From Malacoraja senta (lineage: Eukaryota): a DNA stretch of 64,000 nucleotides. Positions 38,084-51,222 of the stretch are shown piece by piece (the stretch's first letter is position 1; the number at the start of each line of letters is the position of its first letter). Position numbers and translations under genes: made by a program. The DNA lies in assembly GCA_038087875.1 (NCBI GenBank), contig CM075994.1, positions 620,001 through 684,000 on the forward strand, in the 5' to 3' direction. The notes beneath the pieces were generated by a model. That model had not been told where the DNA came from, ran no database searches, and saw nothing but the letters and a program-made list of their open reading frames with translations.

Positions 38084-38379
38084 GGGTGGCACGGTGTCTC
38101 AGCGGCAGAGTTGCTGCCTCACAGCGGCAGAGACCCAGGTTCGATATTGACTACAGGTGCTCTCTGTACGGAGGTTGTATTTTCTCCCCGTGTTACCTGC
38201 ATGCCTTTCCTCCCACACTCCAATGACGTACAGGTTTGCAGGTTAATTGGCTTGGCAACAATGTAAAATTGTCCCTAGTTTGTGTGGGATAGTGTTAGAG
38301 TGCAGTGATTGCTGGTCTGGGCGGACTCGGTGGGCCGAAACAGGGCCTGTTTCGGCACAGCATCTCTAAACTAAGCTAA
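38084..38379 (+). mobile_element. HE1-like V-SINE
   Basis: Head, V-domain and (CTAAA)n tail; empty site in the local duplicate at ~37460. Confidence 0.85.
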
Positions 38380-38885
38380 GATAACAATTTAATTCAAGTG
38401 AATCACTGTGGTAGCCTTAGGCTAAGTCTGGTAGCGGGTACAATCTTGTTTGCTCATTATGTACAAGTGTTGGTGATTCCTGCAATGTTTGACAATGCGG
38501 GTGTCTCAACGTGTTCGAACCTGTTCTACAAATCGCATGGTTCATGGCACTTTGAGGAATGAGATGTGATGCAGTCTCATTCTTATCCCACATGCTGTCC
38601 TTTGGAAATATAAACAATTTAATCTTACTGAACACTCATATAACTTTTCAAAAAACGGTAAACATTTTTTTTAAAGTCTGAAGAAGGGTCTCGACCCGAA
38701 ATGTCACCCATTCCTTCTCTCCAGAGATTCTGCCTGTCCCGCTGAGTTACTCCAGTATTTTGTGCCTATCTTCAGTTTAAACCAACATCTGCAGTTCTTT
38801 CCTGCAGATTAAAAAAATGTTTGTTGGACATATCTTCAGCTCAGGGACAGCTGGACCAGGTTCACTACATTCTTGCTCGCATCAA

Positions 38886-39097
38886 GTTTAGTTTAGTTTA
38901 GTTTAGAGATACAGCACGGAAACAGGCCCTTCGGCCCACCGAGTCCACACCGACCAGCGACCCGAACACAAACACTATTCTACACACACTGGGGACAATT
39001 TACATTTTTATCAAGCCAATTCACCTGCAAACCTGTACGTCTTTGGAATGTGGGAGGAAATCGAAGATCTCAGAGAAAACACGGGGAGAACGTACAA
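38886..39097 (-). mobile_element. HE1-like V-SINE, 5'-truncated
   Basis: (GTTTA)n GAGATACAGC...GGCCCTTCGGCCCACCGAG tail and partial V-domain. Confidence 0.8.
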
Positions 39098-39494
39098 GAG
39101 GCAGCAAGAAGAATCAATTTCAGACATTTTTCATCATTTTCTGCAGATCACAGCAATGAAGGAGGAAAGTCTATCCTGGCCTTGATCTCACAGGGAGCCA
39201 ATGAAGAGAGGGAGAAAAATACTGCGGTGAGGTTTAATACTTGCAGGGGGCATACCTATTGATGGGTCGAAGAGACTCCTCCTGGACTAGTAAAGGCATT
39301 ATGGGCCAATGGGGCTCTTTTAAATAAAATCTGAGTGAAATCTCAGTGAAAGGCACTTTTTCTGGACTTTTCCTGGCCTGGCACGGGCCTATTGGGCCAA
39401 AATGCCCTCCCCCCTGGGTTAATACGGGCATTTTGGGCAAAATGGACTGGTTTCTCGGCATTAGGGGATCTTGTGGGCCGATATTAGTGGTTTC

Positions 39495-41157
39495 GGGCAG
39501 GCCACACAGCTCATTTCATTTCCATTTTAATTTCAAGCACAGGGCAGGCCGAACAGCTCATTGCATTTTCATTTCACTTCCATTGCCATTGCAGTTTCAA
39601 GCACATGGCAGGCCGAACAGCACTCCATTTTCATTTCACTTCCATTGCCATTACAGTTTCAAGCACAGGGCAGGCCGAACAGCTCACTGCATTTTCATTT
39701 CACTTCCATTGCCATTGCAGTTTCAAAGCACAGGGCGGGCCAAACAGCTCACTGCATTTTAATTTTACTTCCATTGCCATTGCAGTTTCAAAGCACAGGG
39801 CAGGCCAAACAGCTCACTGCATTTTCATTCCACTTTCATTGACATTGCAGTTTCAAAGCACAGGGCAGGCCGAACAGCATTCCATTTTCATTTCACTTCC
39901 ATTGCCATTGCAGTTTCAAGCACAGGGCAGGCCGAACAGCTCACTGCATTTTCATTTCACTTCCATTGCCATTGCAGTTTCAAGCCACAGGGCAGGCCGA
40001 ACAGCTCACTGCATTTTCATTTCACTTCCATTGCCAGTGCAGTTTCAAACCACAGGGCAGGCCGAACAGCTCATTGCATTTTCATTCCACTGCCATTGCC
40101 ATTGAAATTTCAAGCACAGGGCAGGCCAAACAGCTCACTGCATTTTCATTTCACTTCCATTGCCATTGCAGTTTCAAGCCACAGGGCAGGCCGAACAGCT
40201 CACTGCATTTTCATTTCACTTCCATTGCCAGTGCAGTTTCAAACCACAGGGCAGGCCGAACAGCTCACTGCATTTTCATTCCACTGCCATTGCCATTGAA
40301 GTTTCAAGCACAGGGCAGGCCAAACAGCTCACTGCATTTTCATTTCACTTCCATTGGCATTGCAGTTTCAAGCCACAAGGCAGGCCAAACAGCTCACTGC
40401 CTTTTCATTTCACTTCCATTGCCAGTGCAGTTTCAAACCACAGGGCAGGCCGAACAGCTCACTGCATTTTCATTTCACTTCCATTGCCATTGCAGTTTCA
40501 AAGCACAGGGCAGGCCAAACAGCTCACTGCATTTTCATTTCACTTCCATTGGCATTGCAGTTTCAAAGCACAGGGCAGGCCAAACAGCTCACTGCATTTT
40601 CTTTTCACTTCCATTGCCATTGCAGTTTCAAAGCACAGGGCAGGCCGAACAGCTCACTGCATTTTCATTTCATATCCATTGACATTGCAGTTTCAAAGCC
40701 CAGTGCAGGCCAAAGAGCTCTTTGCATTTTCATTTCATTTTCAGCTCATTTCCATTGCCATTACAGTTTCAATGTACAGAGCAGGTGAAACAGCTTATTG
40801 CATTTCATCTAATTTCCATTGCCATTGCAGTTTCAAGCGCAGGGCACGCCAAACAGCTGATTGCATTTTCATCTAATTTCCATTGCCATTGCAGTTTCAA
40901 GCCACAGGGCAGCACAAACAGCTCACTGCATTTTCATTTCACTTCCATTGTCAGTGTAGTTTCAAACCACAGGGCAGGCCCGAACAGCTCACTGCATTTT
41001 CATTTCACTTCCATTGTCATTGCAGTTTCAAAGCACAGGACAGGCCAAACAGCTCACTGCATTTTCTTTTCACTTCCATTGCCATTGCAGTTTCAAAGCA
41101 CAGGGCGGGTCCAAACAGCTCACTGCATTTCATTTCACTTCCATTGCCATTGCAGAT
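39495..41157. repeat. 64-65 bp tandem satellite, left part (~25 units)
   Basis: Unit AAAGCACAGGGCAGGCCAAACAGCTCACTGCATTTTCATTTCACTTCCATTGCCATTGCAGTTTC repeated head to tail. Confidence 0.97.
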
Positions 41158-44100
41158 TCATAGAAACATAGAAACATAGAAAATAGGTGCAGGAGGAGGC
41201 CATTCGGCCCTTCGAGCCAGCACCGCCATTCATTGTGATATTGGCTGATCGTCCCCTATCAATAACCCGTGGCTGCCTTCTCCACATATCCCTCGATTCC
41301 ACTAGCCCCTAGAGCTCTATCTAACCCTCTCTTAAATCCATCCAGTGATTTGGCCTCCACTGCCCTCTGTGCCAGGGAATTCCATAAATTCACAACTCTC
41401 TGGGTGAAAAAGTTTTTTCTCACCTCAGTCTTAAATTACCTCCCCTTTATTCTAAGACTGTGGCTCCTGGTTCTGGACTCGCCCAACATTGGGAACATTT
41501 TTCCTGTATCTAGCCAGTCCTTTTATAATTTTATATGTTTCTATAAGATTTCCCCTCATCCCTCTAAACTCCAGTGAAATAAGCCTAGTCTTTTCAATCT
41601 TTCCTCATATGACAATCCCGCCATCCCAGGGATCAATCTCGTGAACCTACGCTGCACTGCTTCAATCACAAGGATGTCCTTCCTCAAATTAGGAGACCAA
41701 AACTGTACACAATACCCCAGATGTTGTCTCACCAGAGCCCTATACATATGCAGAAGAACCTCTTTACTCCTATCCTATGAGATAACGACCCCCTATCTAT
41801 TTAATTTATATACTTACGTTTTTAAAGAAAATAAACTACCTGAAACATTAGCAGAATCAACTATTACGCTTATTCCAAAGAAAGATAAAGATCTAGAGGA
41901 ACCGGGCTCTTATAGAGCTATATCACTTTTAAATACAGACCAGAAAAATTCTAGCAAAGACTTTAGCTAGAAGACTAAGCAAATATATTAGTAAATTGAT
42001 AAACCCTGATCAAACGGGGTTTATACCCAAAAGATATTCATTTAATAATTTGAGACGCCTGTTTAATATAATGTACTCACATAAAGTGGAGGAAAAAGAC
42101 TTAGCAATTATTTCTTTGGATGCAGAGAAAGCATTTGATCAGGTAGAATGGCAGTACTTATACAAAGTATTACAAAAATTTAATATGCGAGAGAATTTAT
42201 TGCATGGGTGAAATTATTATATGATAAACCGATGGCAAGAATATTAACTAACAGCATGTTATCTCAAAAATTTCAATTATCAAGGGGTAATAGGCAGGGA
42301 TGTGCTTTATCACCCCTGCTATTTACCCTTATGATAGAACCTCTGGCTGAAAGTATAAGAAGCCATCCGAATATTCAGGGTTATAATACTAGGGACTCAA
42401 ATAATAAAATTTCATTGTATGCAGACGATATTTTGTTATATATAACAAATTCACAAACGAGCATACCAAATTTATTAAATTTAATAGAGGAATTTGGGTC
42501 CTTTTCTGGATATAGAATAAACTGGAACAAAAGTGAAATCATGACGTTAAAACCTCAAGAATCCACACACTTATTGAAATTCCCCCTTTAAAATAGCAAC
42601 AGAAAAATTCAAATATTTGGGTATTCAGATTACTAGAAAACATAAAGCTTTATTTAATGCCAATTTTATACCCTTAATAAATAAACTTAATATAATGATA
42701 ACATTTTGGAAAACACTCCCTTTATCATTAATAGGCAGAATAAATGCTATTAAAATGAGCTTCCTACCACAGTTATTATACCTATTTCAATCTATACCAG
42801 TATATGTACCAAAATATTTTTTTTCTAAACTGAACGCTAATATTACTAATTTTGTTTGGGATTATAAATCACATAGAATTAAAAAAGAACACTTATGTAA
42901 ACCAAAAGATGTCGGGGGACTTTCACTCCCAAATTTTTTGTATTACTATTGGGCAATACATATTAAGAATATAATTTACTGGTTGGATAGTTCAACTCAA
43001 CAGACAGAATGGATAAAAATGGAGAAAGAGGATTGTTATCCTTGTAATATAGGAACAATCCTCTTCTCCCCGAAAAAAATGAACAATACAATATATCAGA
43101 AAAACCCAATTATACAAGATACAATAAGAATATGGAAACAAATAAAATTATCCTTAAAATTAAGAAACCTATCATTGTTAACACCGATAGCGAATAATCC
43201 TTTATTTAAACCATCTATGATGGATAAAATATATAATCAATGGGAAAGTTTAGGAATTAAAAGGATCGGGGACATGTATGAAATGGGAGATTTATTATCA
43301 TTTCAACAATTACAATTAAAATTTAAACTGAAAAACACTCATGATTTTAAATATTTTCAGATTTGTAATTTTTTGAAGACATACATACAGGGATATCAAA
43401 AAATAACTCCTGATTTACTAGAAGAAGTAATGAATATAAAAGCTGATACACAAAAATTAATATCATATTTATATAATAGTATCTTAAATATAGATTTACC
43501 TGTGACCGAGGTAATTAGAGAAGAGTGGGAACGGGAATTACGAAGGCTACATGGGAAAAGTATTTGACATACATTCACAAGTGTTCGATTAACGCAAGAC
43601 ATAATCTAATCCAATTTAAAATTTTACTTAGATTATATTACTCAAAAACAAGATTAAATAAATTTTATCCAAATATATCGCCCATTTGCGATAAATGTTT
43701 AACCCAAGACGCAACTATAACACACTCTTTTGTTTCTTGTATAAAACTTCATGGATTTTGGAGTGATATTTTCAAAATATTTACAAAACTATTTAAGACA
43801 AAAATGGAACCCAATAATGAATTGATTATATTTGGGGTAATGGAAGACGGGAACAAATTGAGCTCATCTCAAAAGTCAATTTTTAATTATGGTTTAATAA
43901 TAGCAAAAAAATTAATATTGAAATTTTGGAAAAATACACCAATACGAACGCTCAAAATGTGGATTGCAAGTATGTTGGATACCGCACATCTTGAGGAAAT
44001 GCGATTCCTCCTAATAGATAAATTTGACCAATTCATAACGAGTTGGTCTCCATTTGTCGTCTTTTTGGAAACATATGGTGCAAAACAGGTGTAAAAGCTA

Positions 44101-45030
44101 ATCCGTGACTGCGGATGGTCAAGATTATAAATGATCTCCTTCTATTTTCTTTTCTTCTCTTCTCTTCTTTTATTCTCTTTCTTCTATTTTCTATGTCTCA
44201 ACTTTCTTTTTTCATTCTTTATTTTTCTTTTTCACACACTATATATCTCACATTTTTCTATTTTTCATTATCTAACTTTTTTCTTTTTCTTCTTTATTAC
44301 AATTTTTTTTAATAAGCTGTACATAAAAGGTATTATGAAAATATGATTGTATACAATTGTACTTACTTCTAATAAAATTAAAATATTTAAAAAAAAAAAA
44401 AAAAAACTCCTATACTGAAATCCTCTTGTTATGAAGGCCAACATTCCATTAGCTTTCTTCACTGGCTGCTGTACCTGCACGCCAACTTTCAGTGACCGGT
44501 GTACAAGGACACCCAGGTCTCGCTGTACCTCCCCCTTACCTAACCTAACCCCATTGAGGTAATAATCTGCCCCCTTGTTTTTGCCACCAAAGTGGATAAC
44601 CTCACATTTATCTATATTATATACTGCATCTGCCCACTCATTCAACCTGTCCAGGTCACCCTGCAACCTCCTAACATCCTCTTCACAGTTCACACTGTCA
44701 CCCAGCTTTGTGTCATCCGCAAAATTGCTAGTGTTGCTCCTAATTCCCTCTTCCAAATCATTAATATATATGGTAAACAGTTGCAGCCCCAACACCGAGC
44801 CTTGCGGCACTCCACTCGTCACTGCCTGCCATTCTGAAAAGGACCCGTTCACTCCTACTCTTTGCTTCCATTCTGCCAACCAATTTTCTATCCATGTCAA
44901 CACCCTATCCCCAATACCATGTGCTCTAATTTTTGTCACCAGTCTCCCGTGCGGGACCTTATCAAAGGCTTTCTGAAAGTTTAGATACACTACATCCACT
45001 GGCACCCCTTTATCCATTTTACTTGTCACA
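41158..45030 (-). mobile_element. CR1 LINE (RT to tail) inserted in the satellite and interrupted by an L1
   Basis: VYLNFQKAFDKVPH, GVPQGSVLG and FADDTKL at 44410-45030; 3' part and (CATAGAAA)n at 41158-41773. Confidence 0.93.
41774..44405 (+). mobile_element. 5'-truncated L1 (RT to poly-A) with TSD ACTCCTAT
   Basis: SYRAISLLN, SLDAEKAFDQVEW, RQGCALSPLLF and SLYADDI motifs; poly-A at ~44388-44405; TSD at 41766-41773 and 44406-44413; several frameshifts. Confidence 0.95.
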
Positions 45031-46040
45031 TTCAAAGCACAGGACAGGCCAAACAGCTCACTGCATTTTCCTTTCCTTTCCATTGCCATTGCAGTCTCAT
45101 AGCCCAGGCCAGGCCAAACAGCTCACTGCATTTTCATTTCACTTCCGTTGCCATTGAAGTTTCAAAGCACAGGGCAGGCCGAACAGCTCACTGCATTTTC
45201 ATTTCACTTCCATTGCCATTGAAGTTTCAAAGCACAGGGCAGGCCGAATAGCTCACTGCATTTACATTTCACTTCCATTGCCATTGCAGTTTCACAGCAC
45301 AGGGCAGGCCGAACATCTCACTGCATTTTCATTGCATTTCCATTGCCATTGCTGTTTCAAAGCACAGGGCAGGCCAAAGAGCTCTTTGCATTTTCATTTC
45401 ATTTACATGGCCATTGCAGTTTCAAAGCACAGTGCAAGCCAAATAGCTCATTGCATATTCATCTCATTTCATTGCCATTGCAGTAGCAAAGCACAGGGCA
45501 GGCCAAACAGCTCATTGCATTTTCATCTCATTTCCATTGGCATTGCAGTTTCACAGCACATGGCTGGCCAAACAGCCCATTGCATTTTCATCTCATTTCC
45601 ACAGCCATTGCAGTTTCAATGTACAGGGCAGGTCAAACAGCACATTGCATTTTCATCTCATTTCCATTGCCATTGCAGTTTCAAAGCACGGGCAGGCCAA
45701 TGAGCTGATTGCATTTTCATCTAATTTCCATTGCCATTGCATTTTCAAAGCACAGGGCAGGCCAAACAGCTGATTGCATTTTCATTTCATTTCTATTGCC
45801 ATTGCAGTTTCAAAGCACAGGGCAGGCCAAACAGCTGATTGCATTTTCATTTAATTTCCATTGCAGTTACAAAGCACAGGGCAGGCCAAACAGCTCATTG
45901 GATTTTCATTTAATTTCCATTGCCTTTGCAGTATCAAAGCGCAGGGCAGGCCAAACAGCTCATTGCATTTTCATCTCATTTCCATTGCCACTGCAGTTTC
46001 AAAGCACAGGGCTGGCCAAACAACTCATTTCATTTTCATT
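45031..46040. repeat. 64-65 bp tandem satellite, right part (~15 more diverged units)
   Basis: Same unit and orientation as 39495-41157. Confidence 0.95.
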
Positions 46041-47409
46041 AAGGGCTAACAAAATATTTATTTCAAGTACATTGCAGACTCACAGTTCAGTTGATTCACA
46101 GCTTAGAATGAGAGTCATGGCCTCTCCCTCATGATCTTGCAGAGTGACTGAGTCACGTCCAGGCATCCGGGGTTTTATAGTCGTGCACTTCCCCCCCCCC
46201 CCCGGAAGGGGTGTTACCTTCATCGCGGTGATTGACTGGCAAGAGGATCTCAAGATTTTTAAAACACTCATACCTTTTTGATTTTTCATCGATGGGAAAA
46301 ATCCTCGGGGCCTGCTCAGCGGAGGAGGACTTTGAGTAAGATGGCCCAAAATCATAGTGATATATGGTAGCGTTTTTTCTAAAATCAATATACAGCGCAG
46401 ACAGGAAGTGGTCAAGATGAGACTTTTAATTATATACAGTGTGGAAACAGGCCCTTCGGCCCACTGAGTCTGCGCCAACCAGTGATCCCTGCACATTAAC
46501 ACTATCCTACACAGGAGGGACAATTTTACATTCATATCAAGCTATTTAACTTATAAACCTGTACGTCTTTGGAGTGTGGGCAGAAACTGAAATCTAAGGG
46601 TGGCACGGTAGAGTAGCTGCCTCACAGCACCAGAGACCCGGGTTCGATCCTGACTAGGGGTGCTGACTGTACAGAGTTTGTACGTTCTCGTGACCTGTGT
46701 GGGTTTTCTCCGGGAGCTCCGGTTTTCTGCGGGATGCGCCCCCTGGGGAACGAGGACTGAAGAGGGCCGGGCGAGGAGAGGGACGATGGTTCGCGGGACA
46801 AGTGGAACGGAAGTGATGGCTGCAACGGGCCTTTGTGGCCAGCTGCAGCTGGGACTGCAAAATGGTGCCAAAATGGCACCTGTTGCTCATGGGCTGAGTG
46901 GGCTGTTCTGTACACTCTGTACTGACCCGGGAATTGTGCTTATGTACGGTGATAGTTTTGCTGATTGGTATGCAAAAAAAGTGTTTTACTGTACCTTGAT
47001 ACAAGTGTAAGTAAAGAAACTGAATCTGAATCATCCAACTGAACCATTCTACCAACAACAAGGGAGAAGTCCTGAGCTACCATCTACCTCATTGGAGATC
47101 ATCGGATTATGTTTAATCAGACTTTACCTTGCACTGTAAGATCTCTACCCGATACGCCACCCATTCCTTCTCTCCAGAGATGCTGCCTGTCCTGCTGAGT
47201 TACTCCAACATTTTGTGTTTACCTCACACTAAATGAGATTCCCTTTTTCATCCATCTCTACACTGTAAATGGCTCGATTGTAAGCATGCATGGTCTTTCC
47301 GCTGACTGGTTAGGATGCAACAAAAATGTTTCACTGTACCTTGGTACGCGTGATAATAAACTAAATAAAACCATTGAACGATTAGTGCCTGATAGTCAAC
47401 TGCAACAAG

Positions 47410-49660
47410 TAAAATGGATGAAGGAGAGCCAGTGGATGTAGTGTATCTGGACTTTCAGAAAGTCTTTTATAAGGTCCCACACAGGAGATTAGTGGGCAAA
47501 ATTCCAGCACATGGTATTGGGGGTAGGGTATTGACATGGATAGAGAATTGGTTGGCAGACAGGAAACAAAGTGTAGGAATAAACGGGTCCCTGTCAGAAT
47601 GGCAGGCAGTAGCGAGTGGAGTGCCGCAAGGCTCGGTGCTGGGGCCGCAACTATTTACAATATATATTAATGATTTAGATGATAGAATTAAAAGTAACAC
47701 TAGCAAATTTGCAGATGACACAAAGCTGGGTGGCAGTATGAACTGCGACGAGGATGCTAGGAGGTTGCAGGGTGACTTGGACAGGTTGAGTGAGTGGGCA
47801 GATGCATGGCAGATGCAGTATAATGTAGCTCAATGTGAGGTTATCCACTTTGGCGGCAAGAACAAGGAAGCAGATTATTATCTCAATGGTGTCAGATTAG
47901 GAAAAAGGGGAAGTGCAACGAGACCTGGGTGTCCTTGTACACCAGTCACTGAAAGTTAACATGCAGGAATAGCAGGCAGTGAAGAAAGCTAATGGCATGT
48001 TGGCCTTCATTACGAGAGGATTTGAGTTTAAGAGTATAGAGGTCCTTCTGTAGTTGTACAGGGCCCTGGTGAGACCGCATCTGGAGTTGTGTGTGCAGTT
48101 TTGGTATTGTGGTGGCACCTGATAGCAACCCAATGTCACGACGAACCATCAGTTCTAGAGGGCGGCGTCTTGGTGGGGGAGGCGCGAGTCACGGGGTTGT
48201 TATCCGAGTTATTATTTAAGGCCGGGCAACGCCCGTGTCAGCGGAGGAGTAGGGAGCTGTATGTAGAAGAATAAACACATCTAGAGCACACACTTGTGTC
48301 CCACTAGTTTTGGCTGGACTCCTGCCAGTCCCCACCACAATTGGTGACCCCAGACGCCCAGGAGTGTAATCCTGGAAGGGAAATTTAAAAAAATGCATTC
48401 TGCTGTTCCCGCCTACAAGGCCGACGAGGCCGAAAACAACGCGGTCTCCCTGAAGCTCCCTACATTTTGGACCTCGCAGCCGGGGGTTTGGTTTCGATAG
48501 GCCGAATCCCAATTTCACATCAGCGGCGTTACAGCTGACGAGACTCGCTATCACTATGTGGTAAGCGCCCTTGACCAGCAGACGGCCGGTCGGGTTATTC
48601 CTTACCTGGATAACCCGCCGGTCGTGGGGAAATACACAGGCCTCAAGGAGCTGTTGCTCCGGATCTACGGGCCGAGCCGAATGCAGCGCGCCTGTCAGGT
48701 CCTTAACATGGGCGGGCTCGGTGACCGGATGCCCTCGGCCCTCATAAGCGAGATGCTAACGCTCATGGGTGGACATGGGAGGCTGGCGTGAAACGGTGTC
48801 TGTGGCTCATTTGAAATCAGCCCACTTGGACCTGAGCGAGCCAGTCCATGTGGCTCAACCTCCCCGACGCGGGCATCCGCCGTCCCGGGCTCCCGGAGAT
48901 TCTCCCGAACCGAGCAAGCCCCGGGGTGCAGGATTGTATCTACGCATTCGGGACGCCTCGTGCGACGTCCTGTGCGGTTCGGTGCCTCTGGTTCTGGGGG
49001 GGGGGGTCATGTGGCGGCACCTGATAGCAACCCAAGGTCACGATGAACCATCGGCTCTAGTGGTAGCGTCTTGGTGGGGGAGGCGCAAGTCACGGGGTCG
49101 TTATCTGAGTTATTATTTAAGGCCGGGCAACGCCCGTGTCAGCTGAGGAGTAGGGAGCTGTATGTAGAAGAATAAACACGTCTAGAGCACACACTTGTGT
49201 CCGACTAGTTTTTGGCTGGACTCCAGCTAGTCCCCGCCACAGTATCCTAATTTGTGGAAGGACATCCTTGCTATTGAGGCAGTGCAGCATAGGTTCATGA
49301 GGTTAATCCCCGGGATAGCGGGACTGTCATATGAGGAAAGATTGGAAAGAGTGATGTTGGGGGAGTCCAGAACCAGGAGCCAAAGTCTCTGATTAAAGGG
49401 GAGGCCAAACTGAGATGAGAAAAAAACTTTTCACCCAGAACGTTATGAATTTGTGGAATTCTCTGTAGAGGCCAATTTCCTGGATTAATTTAAAGAGAGT
49501 TTGATAGAGCTCTTGGGGCTAGCGGAATCAAGGGGTATGGGGAGAAGGCAGGCACAGGTTATTGATTGTGGATGATCAGTCATGATCACAATGATCACAA
49601 TGAATGGCGATGCTGGCTCGAAGGGCTAAATGGTCTCCTCCTTCGCCTATTTTCTATTTT
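47410..49660 (+). mobile_element. CR1 LINE (RT to tail) interrupted by an LTR element
   Basis: ORF 47414-47959 with GVPQGSVLGP and FADDTKL; resumes CCTAATTTGTGGAAGGACAT at 49246. Confidence 0.92.
48108..49241 (+). mobile_element. Internally deleted Gypsy LTR retrotransposon (CsRn1-like), LTRs 48108-48339 and 49010-49241, TSD GTAT
   Basis: Two ~232 bp TG...CA direct repeats, PBS TGGTGACCCC at 48342 (tRNA-Trp type), G-run PPT at 48996-49006, gag fragment LKLPTFW...WF.*AESQF fused to the integrase tail ETVSVAHLK. Confidence 0.93.
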
Positions 49661-50341
49661 AACCCGGTTGCCTGAATTATTTTGATTTAGTTTAGTTTGG
49701 TTTATTGTCACGTGTACCGAGATACAGTGAAAAGCTTTTGTTGCGTGCTGACCAGTCAGCGGAAAGACAATACATGATTACAATCGAGCCATTCACAGTG
49801 TACAGATACATGATAAGCGAATAACTTTCCGTTCATAAGTTCATAAGTGATAGGAACAGAATTAGGCCATTCGGCACATCAAGTCAACTCCGCCATTCAA
49901 CCATGGCTGATCGATCTCTCCTAATCCCATTCTCCTGCCTTCTCCCTGTAACCCCTGACGCCTGACCCCCAGTGCAAGATGAAGCCAGTGAAGTCCGATC
50001 AAAGATAGCCCGAGGATTTCCAAATGAGGTGGATAGTAGTTCAGGATTGCTGTAACACTAAGGAACAGCGGAGACGAAAGCATGAATGATATATTTGGTC
50101 AGCTTAATTAAGTGGCTTCACTCAGTATCAGCTCCATAATTGGTGCGACAATAATATTAGAGCAACATAAAAGAACTGGATGAAAAAAAAATTTACCTCC
50201 AGGATTAATCATTATCTATTAATAACTAATATATTCACTCTTTGAATCCAAAGTTCATACCAACACCTGTACATTTAGTGTAGTGATTACAATTACGTGG
50301 TTTGCTTATCCCAGCCAAGGCCAATGAAATGTTCATGATTA

Positions 50342-50657
50342 TTAGTTGAGTTTAGTTTAGAGATACAGCGCGAAAACAGGCCCTTCGGCCCACCGAGTCC
50401 GCACCAACCAGCGATCCCCGCACACTAACACTATCCTGCACGCACAAGGGAAAATTTTACATTTCTACCAAGCCAATTAACCTACAAACCTGCACGTCTT
50501 TGGAGTGTGGGAGGAAACGGAAGATCTCGGATAAAATCCACGCAAGTCAAGGGGAGAAGGTACAAACTCCATATAGACAAACACCCGTAGTCAGGATCGA
50601 ACCCAGGTCTCTGGTGTTTGAGGCAGTAGCTCTACCACTACGCCACTGTGCCACCCG
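50342..50657 (-). mobile_element. Full-length HE1-like V-SINE
   Basis: Tail, V-domain, B-box (GGATCGAACC on +) and head all present. Confidence 0.88.
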
Positions 50658-50734
50658 TCATTCTCTCCATTTCTGATTTCGAGAATTTTCCGTCTTTGAG
50701 GCACTCATGTGTGTCGTCCTTTCATTAGTTGGAA

Positions 50735-51222
50735 AGGTGAAGATGTCTGAGGATGTTGCCAGCACGAGAGGGTCTTAGCTGTAGGGGGGAGTTTAGTAGG
50801 CTGGGTCTCTATTCCTTGGAGCGCAGGGGATGAGGGGTGATCTTATAAAGGTGAATAAAATCATGAGAGGAATAGATTGGGTAGATGATGTACAGTGTCT
50901 CGTGCCCAGAGTAGGGGAATCGAGGACCAGAGGACATGGGTTTAAGGAGAAGGAGAAAAGATTTAATAGGAATCTGAGGGGTAGCTTTTTCACACAAAGG
51001 GTGGTGGGTGTATGGAACAATCTGCCAGAGGAGGTAGCTGAGGCTGGAACTATCCCAACGTTTAATGAACAGTTAGGCAGGTACATGGATTGGACAGGTT
51101 TGGAGGGATGTGGACCAAATATAGGCAGGTGGGACTAGGGTAGCTGGGACATGTTGGGCCGATGTGGGCAAGTTGGGCCGAAGGCCATTTTTCCATGCTG
51201 TACCACTCTATGACTCTTAGTC
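50735..51222 (+). mobile_element. CR1 3' fragment with TSD ATTAGTT
   Basis: FFTQRVVGVWNNLPEEV motif; ATTAGTT on both sides. Confidence 0.85.

Larger units (their letters stand above)
39240..46436 (-). mobile_element. Putative non-autonomous Helitron-like element hosting the satellite
   Basis: The minus-strand start TATATAATTAAAAGTCTC resembles Helitron TCTATAT... 5' ends and abuts a SINE; the 3' hairpin and CTAG were not found. Confidence 0.4.

Noticed and set aside
44268..45089. 273 aa RT ORF as an intact gene
   Set aside because: CR1 fragment whose ends run into the satellite and the L1 poly-A.
39346..46134. Repetitive ORFs and a CRISPR-like look in the 65 bp array
   Set aside because: Head-to-tail satellite with no unique spacers and no cas genes in a vertebrate context; ORFs appear in all three frames.
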